The notes under the pieces: generated by a model
Told to the model about the DNA's origin: nothing
The model's database searches: none
What the model saw: the letters and a program-made list of their open reading frames with translations, nothing else
Program-made: the position numbers and the translations under genes
Source: an uncultured bacterium
Lineage (GTDB): Bacteria; Desulfobacterota_D; UBA1144; Nemesobacterales; UBA2774
Direction: 5' to 3'
DNA length: 64,000 nt
Assembly: GCA_963705505.1 (NCBI GenBank)
Contig: CAVPJU010000010.1
Span: forward strand, 480,001-544,000
Shown: one piece after another, positions 29,686-39,785 of the stretch
How positions within the stretch are numbered: position 1 is the stretch's first letter
How the letters are laid out: the number at the start of each line of letters is the position of its first letter

Positions 29686-30729
29686 TCATGAAATCTTTAC
29701 AACCGTCCCGGCGTCAAACGGCTCGAGCTCTATCCTTCTGTCGATGAACTGTCCGATGACCCAGATATTCGTAGTCGTGTGTTCCCGGATTTCAGAGACT
29801 GTGAATAAGGACTCTCCTCCCGCCAGGGACAAATAGGGAAGGACCTGGTCGGCCGCGTGCGCGTCGAGACTCGCGCCCGAATTAAACTCATCGATGAACA
29901 TCCCGGCTGCCTCCCTTCCGACGGCTTCAGCCCTTTTACCCGGCCTGCCCAGGGAATCCGAGCCTATCGCGGTATTCTCAAAATCGCCGACGATGGTGAT
30001 GGTGCTCCCTGCCGATAGTGCGGGAAAGTATTCGATTACGCTCTCGATAGGAATTTCGGGACCGAACCCGAGCGCATCCTTGACGGATTCCGCCTGACGC
30101 TCGGCGACACGCCTTGCTTTCAGTATATCGGCAGCCCCCGACATAATGAGAATCCTTCGTAGCCGCCCCCGCTCCGTACATCTCCAATTCGAAACGCTCC
30201 CCGGGGTCACCTCGACTCCGACTTCGGCGCCGCCTCTGGGGTAAAAACCGCGCCTTGTAATACTGGTCACCGACTTGAGCCCCATCCTTTCGATTATGTT
30301 TGAAAAGACAAACCTGTGGTAATCGATGACGGGCGCAAAGAATGTGTCCGTCGCCCCGCCGTGAAAGTTCATCCTTACCGGGCCGGGAGCGAAAAATGCC
30401 GGAAGTAGTAGGGTCTGGAGGAGAAGGGTAATGCTCCCGGCTGTCTTTATTTCGACATCGAGTGACTTAGCTTCAATCCGGCCCGGAAAGAGTGATATCT
30501 CGGTCGATCCCTGCTCGTCACCTGTAAGCTCGCCGCCGCAAAGCCGGGCGAGCGCCCTCAAGCCGAGCACATGCTGGTGTCCGAGACCAGGGTTCTTCCG
30601 GTTCTTTCTGATATTGTGGATACGGCACGGAACGCCTGTTACCGCGGATAAGGCAGTCGCAGTCCTCACTATCTGTCCGCCGCCTTCCCCATAGGAACCG
30701 TCGATCGAAATCTCTTTTTTTCGGTTCAT
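29686..30729 (-). CDS. rtcA: RNA 3'-terminal phosphate cyclase
   Basis: IDGSYGEGGGQIVR, TAGSITLLLQ, RRGFYPRGG, H.ADQ motifs; start moved to MNRKK. Confidence 0.93.
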   Translation of the reverse strand: MNRKKEISIDGSYGEGGGQIVRTATALSAVTGVPCRIHNIRKNRKNPGLGHQHVLGLRALARLCGGELTGDEQGSTEISLFPGRIEAKSLDVEIKTAGSITLLLQTLLLPAFFAPGPVRMNFHGGATDTFFAPVIDYHRFVFSNIIERMGLKSVTSITRRGFYPRGGAEVGVEVTPGSVSNWRCTERGRLRRILIMSGAADILKARRVAERQAESVKDALGFGPEIPIESVIEYFPALSAGSTITIVGDFENTAIGSDSLGRPGKRAEAVGREAAGMFIDEFNSGASLDAHAADQVLPYLSLAGGESLFTVSEIREHTTTNIWVIGQFIDRRIELEPFDAGTVVKIS

Positions 30730-30749
30730 TGTACGATCCCGCAACGGGC

Positions 30750-31139
30750 TCAATTTACGACTCCCGCTATACTGAGGATGAGCACGGCAAGCACGATCGA
30801 GGTTACTAAAGCATACATATAATCGCGCTGAATCATGAATGCGAATACCGAAAATATTACGCGTGCGACGGGTGTGGCGATGAGCAGTAAAAGGCCAAGC
30901 TGTATTATCCCCACGCTCCTGATCTGCCATGCGATATCTATAATCTCCCTCAGGTCGCGGAGGTTCCTGGGCACACCGCTGAAGACGCTGTACTCGGGCA
31001 TCTCGAAGCCGTGCCGCATCAGGTAAATCACGCTGCCCGTAAGCACGAACGCAGCCGATATTATTACGGCCACCCTGAGAAGGTTCCCGATTATCTGATC
31101 CATCTTCTCGTCGCTCATTATATTCTTATTATCTCGCAT
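30750..31139 (-). CDS. DUF1634 membrane protein
   Basis: GLLLLIATPVARV motif; usual partner of TauE genes. Confidence 0.85.
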   Translation of the reverse strand: MRDNKNIMSDEKMDQIIGNLLRVAVIISAAFVLTGSVIYLMRHGFEMPEYSVFSGVPRNLRDLREIIDIAWQIRSVGIIQLGLLLLIATPVARVIFSVFAFMIQRDYMYALVTSIVLAVLILSIAGVVN

Positions 31140-31140
31140 A

Positions 31141-31977
31141 TCAAAAGCCCCCGGTCAGACCCTTATACAGCATCTCTATCGCCAGCGCGAAAATAACGAC
31201 CGCAAACACGATCCGGAGAAGCCGCGTCGATACGCTTAACAGAAAATGAGTGCCGAGCAGGGAGCCGAAAAGCACCCCGAGCATTACAGGCATAGAGAGA
31301 CCCGGGTCGATATACCCGCGGTTGAGGAAAACCCCCGCGCTTGCGGCTGCGGTCACGCCTATCATGAAGTTACTCGTGGTAGTCGATACCTTAAACGGCA
31401 GGCGCATGACCTGATCCATCGCGATCACTTTGAGAGCTCCGGACCCTATCCCGAGGAGACCGGATAACGCGCCCGCTATAAACATGACACCGAAGCCCTC
31501 AGGGACAGCGCGGACATAGTACTTCTCGGGGCCGTCAGCCGTCGGGTATTCGGAATTCATCCTGAGACGGGTCGCGAGCTTATCGGGCTCGGCCGGGGGA
31601 GCGTCCCTGTGACGCGAGATACCGGATTGGTAGGATGAATAGAGGAGCACAAGGCCGAAGACTACGGCGATCGCCGAAGGAGAGACGCTCGTCGCGACGG
31701 CGGCTCCGACAACGGCGCCGATAGTAGTCGCGATCTCAAGAAACATCCCCACTCTGATATTGCTGAACCCCTCCTTCACATAAGCGGACGCTGCGGCTGA
31801 AGACGTCGCTATGACGGATACGAGCGACGCGCCCATGGCGTAGCGGATATCGACACCGAAGCCTAGCACGAGGAGGGGCACTATCACAACCCCACCCCCA
31901 AGCCCCGTCGCCGCTCCGAGGAAGCCCGCCAGGAGAGACCCGAGAAAAACCAGTGTGGAGAATTCAAGTATATTCAT
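31141..31977 (-). CDS. sulfite exporter TauE/SafE family protein
   Basis: GLGGGVVIVP, SGLLGIGSG, STTTSNFMIG; start MNILEF. Confidence 0.9.
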   Translation of the reverse strand: MNILEFSTLVFLGSLLAGFLGAATGLGGGVVIVPLLVLGFGVDIRYAMGASLVSVIATSSAAASAYVKEGFSNIRVGMFLEIATTIGAVVGAAVATSVSPSAIAVVFGLVLLYSSYQSGISRHRDAPPAEPDKLATRLRMNSEYPTADGPEKYYVRAVPEGFGVMFIAGALSGLLGIGSGALKVIAMDQVMRLPFKVSTTTSNFMIGVTAAASAGVFLNRGYIDPGLSMPVMLGVLFGSLLGTHFLLSVSTRLLRIVFAVVIFALAIEMLYKGLTGGF

Positions 31978-32308
31978 CTGACCGGGCTCTGAATTTGTCG
32001 TGAGCTTCGAGAATAATTGCTTCTCTTGCACACAAATTGTACAACACAACCAAACGAGCCATTTGCCGATACAGATAGAGCTTACATTTTTTATTATAAA
32101 GCACATAATGGGTTTTCTCGTTTAATTCGGCTGATAAAACATGCGGGGCTGATGGTCGGCACCTCACACAAAATACATATGACATCACCACAGCGACCCG
32201 GATCGATTTCCGTTGTTTTGACAATCAGGGAACGGATTGTAAAGGCATTATGTACAATAACAGACAAACAAGAACAGAAATTCGCTCAAAAGAATAAGGA
32301 GTTTTTTT

Positions 32309-33193
32309 ATGAAAATTCACACCATAGACCATAACTTCTTTACGCAGAGGGTAATAGCTTCATATCTTATTGAAAACGGCGGCGAACCTGTATTAATAGA
32401 AACCGGCCCCGATACGACATTTCATAAACTGGAAAGGAGTCTAAACGAGCATGGTTACTCCATAGAAGACATAAGAAATGTTTTTGTCACACACATACAC
32501 CTGGACCACTCCGGGGCAGCCTGGCGCTTCGCTGAAGCAGGCGCCAAAATCTATGTTCACCCTTTTGGAGCCAAACATCTGGCCGATCCCATAAAGCTCG
32601 TAGCATCCGCAAGACGAATTTATAACGATCAAATGGAAACACTATGGGGTGAAATCCGGCCTATAGAAAGGGAAAACATCTATGAAATCCGGGATGGGGA
32701 AAAGATAACAATCGGCAGTATCAATATTCAGGCTATTGAAACCCTCGGGCATGCATCCCATCATCATTCCTTTCTCGTAGACGATCTCTTATTTACGGGA
32801 GACGTGGCCGGCGTATGTATAGAAAACGGTCCGGTATTGCCGCCTACCCCTCCGCCCGAGATCAATGTCGAACTCTGGCAGGAGTCAATACGAAAGATTT
32901 TGAGCTTGAAACCGCAAGCCCTGTATCTTACTCATTTCGGCAAGTCAGGCGATGTCAAAGAGCACATGACAGAACTCGAAAACAGGCTTCTCGAAGTTAC
33001 CGAATGGACGGGAGAGAGACTGAAACAAGGAAAAACCGAAGAGGCAATGATAATTGAACTGGAAAGTATGTTCAGAGAGATACTTGTGAAAGCAGGAGCG
33101 GATAAACAATTAGTCGAAGCTTATGAGCTGGCAGACCCGTTTTGGATGAACGTAGCGGGACTGGTGCGCTACTGGAAAAAGTTTCGAATGTGA
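32309..33193 (+). CDS. MBL-fold metallo-hydrolase
   Basis: THIHLDHSG, GHASHH, FTGD, LTHFG. Confidence 0.92.
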   Translation: MKIHTIDHNFFTQRVIASYLIENGGEPVLIETGPDTTFHKLERSLNEHGYSIEDIRNVFVTHIHLDHSGAAWRFAEAGAKIYVHPFGAKHLADPIKLVASARRIYNDQMETLWGEIRPIERENIYEIRDGEKITIGSINIQAIETLGHASHHHSFLVDDLLFTGDVAGVCIENGPVLPPTPPPEINVELWQESIRKILSLKPQALYLTHFGKSGDVKEHMTELENRLLEVTEWTGERLKQGKTEEAMIIELESMFREILVKAGADKQLVEAYELADPFWMNVAGLVRYWKKFRM

Positions 33194-33278
33194 ACTCGCT
33201 CCGACGGGTCCGATTTTGCGGAAACCCTAAACCGTGCGAACACACAAAGACCAATCCTAGACGAAAGAAAAAATTAAG

Positions 33279-34058
33279 ATGGAACTCAATATTATTAAAT
33301 CCGGCAGTTCCGGCCCCGAAGTCGTTATCCTGCACGGGCTCTTGGGGTCTTCACGTAACTGGCAGCGCATTATGCGGGAGCTGTCAGCCGACTGCCGTGT
33401 GATCATCCCGGATTTGCGCAATCACGGCGATTCGCCGCACGGCCCTCACAGCATCGCGGCGATGCGGGATGACATCGTGAGACTCATCGAGACAAACTGC
33501 GATGAGCCCCCTCATCTGGTAGGCCATTCCATGGGCGGGCTTGCGGCTATGGCGGTATCAACCACCGATGCTTCGGCGATTGCGAGCCTTATAGTGGTCG
33601 ACATAGCCCCGGTTCGCCGGACGGAGGGGCTCCTGAAAATACTCGATGCCCTGATGGAGCTCAACCTGAAATCCATAAATTCCCGAACTGACGCCGACAG
33701 GGCTCTGTCAGAGAAGATCCCGGACCCCGGGGTACGCCAGTTTTTACTTCAGAATCTCAAAAGGGAGAACACGGGAGAGCTTGCCTGGCGCTGCAACCTT
33801 CCCGAGCTTCGCAGGTTCGTAGAGGAAGAAACATTCGAGCTACCTCGCCAGGCGGTTTACGAAGGGCCGACACTGGTGATCGCCGGAGGCAGATCCGAAT
33901 ATAAAGTCTGGGAGCACGAGAAGCTCCTCAGGACGCATTTCCCCGCCATGATTCTCGAGATATTCGAGGACGCCGCCCACTGGGTTCACATGGACGCGCC
34001 CAACCGTTTCGTATACCGGTTACTGGAATGGCTGGGCGTGCACGCCTCCAAAGCCTGA
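33279..34058 (+). CDS. alpha/beta hydrolase (YbfF-like esterase)
   Basis: HGLLGS, DLRNHG, GHSMGG, AHWVH. Confidence 0.9.
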   Translation: MELNIIKSGSSGPEVVILHGLLGSSRNWQRIMRELSADCRVIIPDLRNHGDSPHGPHSIAAMRDDIVRLIETNCDEPPHLVGHSMGGLAAMAVSTTDASAIASLIVVDIAPVRRTEGLLKILDALMELNLKSINSRTDADRALSEKIPDPGVRQFLLQNLKRENTGELAWRCNLPELRRFVEEETFELPRQAVYEGPTLVIAGGRSEYKVWEHEKLLRTHFPAMILEIFEDAAHWVHMDAPNRFVYRLLEWLGVHASKA

Positions 34059-34156
34059 GGTATTCCCAATGAGATTTACCAAGCTTAAATGAAACAGTGT
34101 GATTACCCACACGGCTAAGTACAAACGGACATCATTTGGTTAATACAGCAAGCTTT

Positions 34157-35029
34157 TCATGGGCCGCAGTCAACGACTTCGGGCGACTCGTTATGAACGC
34201 TCCACTCGGCGCAGAGGCCGTCCTCGCCCACTTCATCGCAGGAACAGAAGCAGCTGTTAAACTTGACCTCACTGCCGGGACCGAGCAAGGTGCAGGTAAG
34301 TAGATTGCCGACTCCTGTCGCCGATCCCACGGTAATATCATCCTGAATCCCTATAAAGCTCAAAGGATTACCTGACTCGCACTGTAGATCGGTTACGGCG
34401 CCGGCATCGCATTTGGCGCATACGCTCGGATCACACCCCGACTCGCTGTCGTAAGGTCCCGAAATCTGGTGTCCGTCAAGGTTAGCGCTCGATTTTTCAC
34501 AGTTGGTGGCTATCGGGCACGAGCAAATGACCTCTTTTTTCCCCAGCTTCCCAAAGGTCGGGAATTGATTGCCTTTGGTGCTGGTAAAACACAGGCCTCC
34601 GTCACATTGGGCGTAGGACCCTTTCGCAGCCGAAACGCCGCCGTATTTACCTTTGTTGAGTTCGCCGGGACACGTGTAAGCGGCGAAATCACCGTCCGGA
34701 TACGTGGCCTGCTCAGGGACACTATATGTGCTCACCAGGTAGCCGTTTCCGGGCCCTTCTTCGTTTACGGTGCAAACATCCTCGCCATCTCCGAAGTCGA
34801 AGGGCAGGCTGATGCTATCGCCTTTCAGGATATCGCACCCGCAATATGCGACCTGGTTGAATGTCAAGCAGCTCGCAAGGGCGCAGAGCGCGTATTTCTG
34901 ATTTTTCAATATCAAAAAATCACCCGCTGCTTCACACCCTTCAGGTTTGGCAGCACGTGTAGTACTACCCTCCGCCGATAACACCATAAATGCACAGGCA
35001 AGAATAAATATTGTCTTCGTTATCTTCAT
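34157..35029 (-). CDS. exported cysteine-rich hypothetical protein
   Basis: Signal peptide, 22 Cys in the mature region, AAGGAG RBS. Confidence 0.75.
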   Translation of the reverse strand: MKITKTIFILACAFMVLSAEGSTTRAAKPEGCEAAGDFLILKNQKYALCALASCLTFNQVAYCGCDILKGDSISLPFDFGDGEDVCTVNEEGPGNGYLVSTYSVPEQATYPDGDFAAYTCPGELNKGKYGGVSAAKGSYAQCDGGLCFTSTKGNQFPTFGKLGKKEVICSCPIATNCEKSSANLDGHQISGPYDSESGCDPSVCAKCDAGAVTDLQCESGNPLSFIGIQDDITVGSATGVGNLLTCTLLGPGSEVKFNSCFCSCDEVGEDGLCAEWSVHNESPEVVDCGP

Positions 35030-35241
35030 GCTGGCACTCGCTCCTTTAGACAGTCGTATGGACGGCTTTATTTCAAAAAATTCAATTTTCCATTAATTAT
35101 AGTCCCTTCTCCCGGAAACTGTGGCGTGTGTTTTTCAATCTCCCTACATACACATATGCGCGTTCCGGAATTATATGTCAGGCTTTCGACCGTGGTTAAT
35201 GCACGCGAGACGAAGGGGTTATAATTAATCGCCTTTCAATT

Positions 35242-35269
35242 TTGACATGGCATAAGATGGGATTAAATT
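35242..35269 (+). promoter_or_regulatory. candidate sigma70 promoter for the decarboxylase
   Basis: TTGACA-N16-TAAATT. Confidence 0.45.
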
Positions 35270-35285
35270 TAGTCTAGCGAAATTT

Positions 35286-36944
35286 ATGGTGTCCGGAGAA
35301 CCCCGCATGTCAAAGCAAATGACCGTCGGCCAATATCTTATAAAAAGACTTTACGACCTGGGTGTCCGGCACGTGTTCGGGGTTCCCGGCGATTACGCTC
35401 TCAGCATGTTTAAGGAAATCGAAGAGAGCAGGCTGAAATTAATAAACACCTGCGACGAGCAGGGCGCCGGATTTGCCGCGGATGCCTATGCCAGGGTCAG
35501 GGGATTAGGCGCGGTCTGCATTACGTACTGTGTCGGAGGTTTAAAAGTAGCCAATACGACCGCTCAGGCCTTTGCGGAAAAATCACCCGTCGTGGTCATA
35601 AGCGGAGCCCCCGGAATAAAAGAGCGCCTCAAGAACCCCCTTCTCCACCACAAGGTCAGAGAGTTCGACACTCAGCTCAAGGTCTTCCGGGAGCTGACCA
35701 TAGATTCCGTACTTATAGACGACCCCCGGACTGCGGCCCCCGAGATCGACAGGGTCTTGGGCTCGGCCTTAAGATATAAACGGCCGGTATATATAGAGCT
35801 GCCGCGGGATATTGTATCCCTTCCGATCAAGTCATATAAACTCTCACGCCCCGTGACCCGCGTCAGTGATGCCGGAACGCTTACAGAAGCGCTCGGGGAA
35901 GCATTAACGATGATCAACAAATCAAGAAAGCCAGTCATAATTGCGGGAGTCGAGATACACCGTTTCGGTCTCCAGGATAGGCTGCTGGAGATCCTCGACA
36001 ATACGAACATACCCTTCGCGACCACAATTTTAAGCAAATCCGTTATCAGCGAAACTCACCCCCTGTACCTCGGCGTGTATGAAGGGGCCATGGGAAGGGA
36101 ATCGGTCCGTGAATACGTGGAGTCAAGCGACTGTTTGATCCTTCTCGGCGCTATCATGACCGACGTCAATCTCGGCATATACACGGCACACATCGAGCGG
36201 GCCAATTCGATATACGCCACGAGCGAAAAGGTATACATCAAATACCATGAGTATGAAGACATAACCATGGACGATTTCATGGAAGGACTGTCGAAAAGAG
36301 GTTTGCGCCGCCGGAAAAGCGCCAGGATACCGGCTCCTCCCATTCCGAAACATCCCCGCCCCGTTAAGAACAGGAAAGTCAGCGTGAGTTACCTGTTCAG
36401 GACCCTTAATTCATTCCTGGACGATAAAACGGTCGTAATCGCGGACCCCGGAGACGCTATGCTCGGGGCTCTCGATATGGTCATTCAAAGAGAAACGGAA
36501 TTTTTATGCCCCGCATATTATTGCTCTCTCGGCTTCGCAGTCCCGGCGAGCCTGGGAGTGCAGATGGCAAGGCCGGATCTTCGCCCCCTGGTTCTGGTCG
36601 GGGACGGCGCATTTCAGATGTCGGGGATGGAGCTCTCGACAATTGCCAGGTTTAAACAGAATCCGATCATAATCGTGCTTAACAATAGAGGCTACGGGAC
36701 AGAGCGGCCCATGATCGACGGGAAATTCAATGACGTCCAGCTCTGGAATTACAGCCGTATACCCGATGTGCTCAACAGCGGCATCGGCTTCGATATCGAA
36801 ACGGAGGAAGAGCTTGAAGAGGCGCTGACTAAAGCCGTTAAGAACACGGGCAGCCTTTACATTCTCGATGTCCACATAGACCCTGAAGACAGGTCGGAGG
36901 CGCACAAACGGCTTACCAGCGCATTATCTAAGAGAGTGAGATAA
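35286..36944 (+). CDS. ThDP-dependent alpha-keto acid decarboxylase (pyruvate/indolepyruvate decarboxylase family)
   Basis: FGVPGDY, E.GAGFAADAYAR, LLHH, GDGAFQM...NNRGY; start may be ATG 35307. Confidence 0.92.
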   Translation: MVSGEPRMSKQMTVGQYLIKRLYDLGVRHVFGVPGDYALSMFKEIEESRLKLINTCDEQGAGFAADAYARVRGLGAVCITYCVGGLKVANTTAQAFAEKSPVVVISGAPGIKERLKNPLLHHKVREFDTQLKVFRELTIDSVLIDDPRTAAPEIDRVLGSALRYKRPVYIELPRDIVSLPIKSYKLSRPVTRVSDAGTLTEALGEALTMINKSRKPVIIAGVEIHRFGLQDRLLEILDNTNIPFATTILSKSVISETHPLYLGVYEGAMGRESVREYVESSDCLILLGAIMTDVNLGIYTAHIERANSIYATSEKVYIKYHEYEDITMDDFMEGLSKRGLRRRKSARIPAPPIPKHPRPVKNRKVSVSYLFRTLNSFLDDKTVVIADPGDAMLGALDMVIQRETEFLCPAYYCSLGFAVPASLGVQMARPDLRPLVLVGDGAFQMSGMELSTIARFKQNPIIIVLNNRGYGTERPMIDGKFNDVQLWNYSRIPDVLNSGIGFDIETEEELEEALTKAVKNTGSLYILDVHIDPEDRSEAHKRLTSALSKRVR

Positions 36945-36998
36945 AAGGCGAAACTTCCAACTATAAAATACTGAAATTTAATCAATTTTAATTGCCAA

Positions 36999-37027
36999 TT
37001 GACTATTTTATAATTTTATGCTATATT
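36999..37027 (+). promoter_or_regulatory. sigma70 promoter of the csp gene (extended -10), implying an ~100 nt 5' UTR
   Basis: TTGACT-N17-TATATT with TG at the extended -10 position. Confidence 0.65.
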
Positions 37028-37131
37028 AATTTCAGAGTTTGCAGTAGTTCTAGTCTAAATTGAGATATCCATCCGAAATTGATTTTGAACCACTAGCACA
37101 ACCCAATTCAACAAAAGGAGGTTAATCCGAC

Positions 37132-37341
37132 ATGTCAGAACGTAAAATTGGCTTAGTTAAGTGGTTCAATTCTGCGAAAGGCTTCGGCTTCATAGAGCTC
37201 GACGGTGAAAAAGATGTTTTTGTTCACTTCAGCGAAATAAGCGCTACCGGCTATCGTTCTCTCGAAGAAGGACAGAGAGTAGAGTTTACAGTCGTCGATG
37301 GACAAAAAGGCCCACAAGCTCAGAACGTAGTTCTAGCTTAA
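37132..37341 (+). CDS. cspA: cold-shock protein
   Basis: VKWFN, KGFGFI, VFVHFS, GPQAQNV; AGGAGG RBS. Confidence 0.96.
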   Translation: MSERKIGLVKWFNSAKGFGFIELDGEKDVFVHFSEISATGYRSLEEGQRVEFTVVDGQKGPQAQNVVLA

Positions 37342-37354
37342 GATTTGAATATCA

Positions 37355-37395
37355 AAAGTGCGCTGAAGTGATTCAGCGCACTTTCCCTTCTTTTG
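37355..37395 (+). terminator. intrinsic terminator after csp
   Basis: AAAGTGCGCTGAA-gtga-TTCAGCGCACTTT, 13-bp stem followed by a pyrimidine tract. Confidence 0.8.
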
Positions 37396-37529
37396 AACAT
37401 AATTACAAAATCCTGATTACCCCCTGATTTAAAATAAACCGAGTTTACAGAATAGGTTCCGATATTATGGATCGCTCTATAATGTCAGTTGAAATCTCAT
37501 CCGACCAGTTCGTTTTTTTATATATGGGA

Positions 37530-37608
37530 TGGGGTGAGTGACGGGACTTGAACCCGCGACCTCTGGGGCCACAACCCAGTGCTCTAACCAAGCTGAGCTA
37601 CACCCACC
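37530..37608 (-). tRNA. tRNA-His (GUG) with G-1 and encoded CCA
   Basis: GGTGGGTGTAGCTCAGCTTGGTTAGAGCACTGGGTTGTGGCCCCAGAGGTCGCGGGTTCAAGTCCCGTCACTCACCCCA folds as a cloverleaf with anticodon GTG and discriminator C. Confidence 0.96.
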
Positions 37609-37722
37609 ATTGATTTATTTCGGATTGGACAGGAAAAGAAATAGTACCATATAAAAAAGAGGAGACAAATACTCCCGCCACCCCCGTCATTGGGGGCGGA
37701 GTCAGAACATATTTACTCATTT

Positions 37723-38361
37723 TCATGAACCCCACGCGGCGCCGATGAAGAAAAATCTCCCGAGCCCCACAGTGAAGATCAGGCACCCGTAAAGGGCGTG
37801 CTCGATAGAGACGAGGCCGAGCGATCTGTGCCGGGCATAATTCCATGCAAAGAGCGACCCGCCGAGGACGGACATCAGGACAGCAACGGAATTAATAAAA
37901 ATTATGTGCATATATCCGAAGGCGAGCGCCGATGCCAGGATATACCCTCCCCCGACGCCGAAGAGCGGCCTATAGCGGTTATATACAAATGCCCGGTAGA
38001 TCATTTCCTGAGGCCAGACGGAGAGAACCGGGTACAGGACCATAACGAGAGCCCATATCCCGGGCCGCTCGCGGGGGAATGATAAGAACGACTCGGGCAT
38101 CGTTATCCACGCCGCTGCGGTGATTATCGGAGCGAGGACGGCGAACCGGATAAGGACATATTTTATTTTTCCACGAAGGTTCGCGTCTTCAGGCGCTTTA
38201 TCATCGTTAAATCGACGGCTGTACATGTACGTCCCCGCCGCTCCTGCCCAGAGGATACCGACCATAAGCCACCTGTCTTTTACTAAGAGGATCAGAAGGG
38301 GCGCACCCGCAAAAATCAGGATGAATTCGATCCAGAGCGCGGGCCTCCGCCGCTGATTCAC
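37723..38361 (-). CDS. CPBP/Abi-family intramembrane protease-like protein
   Basis: QEMIYRAF, FGYMH, EHALYG motifs; overlaps the OMF stop codon. Confidence 0.85.
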   Translation of the reverse strand: MNQRRRPALWIEFILIFAGAPLLILLVKDRWLMVGILWAGAAGTYMYSRRFNDDKAPEDANLRGKIKYVLIRFAVLAPIITAAAWITMPESFLSFPRERPGIWALVMVLYPVLSVWPQEMIYRAFVYNRYRPLFGVGGGYILASALAFGYMHIIFINSVAVLMSVLGGSLFAWNYARHRSLGLVSIEHALYGCLIFTVGLGRFFFIGAAWGS

Positions 38362-39785
38362 GAGCTCTGCTCCTGCCAGCCTCCTCCGAGAGCCCGGTAA
38401 ATCTGGACCAGAGCGAGTAATTCATTCAGCCGGGCCTGCGCCAGCCCGAGCTCAGCCGAGAAATAATTCGTCTCGTTCGTCAGCACCTCGAGATAATCCG
38501 TCTCGCCGCTGCTGAACCGGAGATTGGAAAGCCTCGCTGAGTCCTGTGCCGCATTCCTCAACTTTTCCTGCTCGACACGGAACTCCCGGTTCTTGCCGTA
38601 GGCGACGAGCGCATCGGAAACGTCCCGGAACGCGCCCTGTATCGTCTGCTTATAGGTGAGGAGCATTTCCTGCTTCTGCGCCTCGGCAAGCTTGACGCCC
38701 GAGCTTATCCTGCCCGCTTCGAAGATGGGCTGCGCGAGCGCTCCGACAACGCTCCATATACCCGCAGGGCCGCTGAACAGGTCAGACAGCTGCTCGCTCT
38801 GAAAACCGGCTGACCCCGTGAGGGATATCTGCGGGAAGTAAGCAGCCTTTGCGACGCCTATCCGGGCGTTGGCCGCGATAAGGCTAGCCTCCGCCTGACG
38901 TATGTCGGGCCGCCTCTCGAGCAAAGATGAAGGAAGCCCTGCCGGGACGTCGGGCGCATGAGGCTGCTCCGTTAAGGGCAGCCCGCGGGGTATATCCCCC
39001 GGGTTTTTACCAAGGAGAGTACTGAGAAAATTCTCCTCTTGTGCGATTTGCCTTTCAAGGTCAGGGACCTGAGTGGATGCGGTGTAAACGAGCTGCTCAG
39101 ACTGTCTGACATCGAGCATAGAGTTAAATCCGCGCGTTTCGAGCAGACTTGTGAGCTTGAGCGACTCCTGCCGGGACGAAAGCGTACTCTTCGAAATTTC
39201 AAGCTCGAGGTCGAGCTCCCGGAGCTGAAAATAGCTGGCCGCCACGTTCGCCACAAGGGTTGAAATTACCTCCTGGCGGGCCCATTCGCTTGCCAGGAGA
39301 TCGGCTCTGGCTGCTTCGGTCGCCCTCCGGTACTGCCCCCAGAAATCGAGTGTCCAGGACCCGGAGAGACCGACCTCTTCCTGCGTGACCTCAAAAGCAG
39401 GTATCGGGCCTGACTGTGAGTACCGCTGGTTCGTGACGTTAGCGCCCGCACTGATAGTGGGGAATTGATCCGCCCGAGTTATCCCAAGCTGCGCCTGCGC
39501 CTGTAAGATCCGCGCGGCCGCGATCTGCACGTCGTAGTTCTGCTCGAGCGCGGTGGTTATAAGTTTCTGGAGCTCGGGGTCCTTGAAAACCTCCCACCAT
39601 TTCTCGCTGCCCAGGGATACGGCTTCCGACTCGGCCTTAGTGGAACCGCGATAGGTCTCAGGCACGTCCACACTGGGCTTCTTATAGTCAGGTCCGACCA
39701 TGCAGCCGCTGAGCGTGATTAAAACCAGAGATAAAAAGAGCGATAGTAATATAGCGGTATATCCGGTGTCGTTAATTCTCTTCAT
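38358..39785 (-). CDS. RND efflux outer-membrane factor lipoprotein (NodT/OprM family)
   Basis: LSGC lipobox, VGPDY, LLERRPDI, YRALGGGW. Confidence 0.95.
   Translation of the reverse strand: MKRINDTGYTAILLSLFLSLVLITLSGCMVGPDYKKPSVDVPETYRGSTKAESEAVSLGSEKWWEVFKDPELQKLITTALEQNYDVQIAAARILQAQAQLGITRADQFPTISAGANVTNQRYSQSGPIPAFEVTQEEVGLSGSWTLDFWGQYRRATEAARADLLASEWARQEVISTLVANVAASYFQLRELDLELEISKSTLSSRQESLKLTSLLETRGFNSMLDVRQSEQLVYTASTQVPDLERQIAQEENFLSTLLGKNPGDIPRGLPLTEQPHAPDVPAGLPSSLLERRPDIRQAEASLIAANARIGVAKAAYFPQISLTGSAGFQSEQLSDLFSGPAGIWSVVGALAQPIFEAGRISSGVKLAEAQKQEMLLTYKQTIQGAFRDVSDALVAYGKNREFRVEQEKLRNAAQDSARLSNLRFSSGETDYLEVLTNETNYFSAELGLAQARLNELLALVQIYRALGGGWQEQSS

Noticed and set aside
29686..30729. 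rtcA as part of an RNA-repair or defence operon
   Set aside because: No rtcB, rtcR or toxin neighbours; it simply follows TauE/DUF1634.
37530..37608. tRNA-His as an island or prophage attachment site
   Set aside because: No integrase in the window, and no second copy of the tRNA 3' end was noticed by eye.
37671..37702. Imperfect GC-rich hairpin between the CPBP gene and tRNA-His
   Set aside because: Bulged stem seen once; probably an ordinary terminator or REP remnant.
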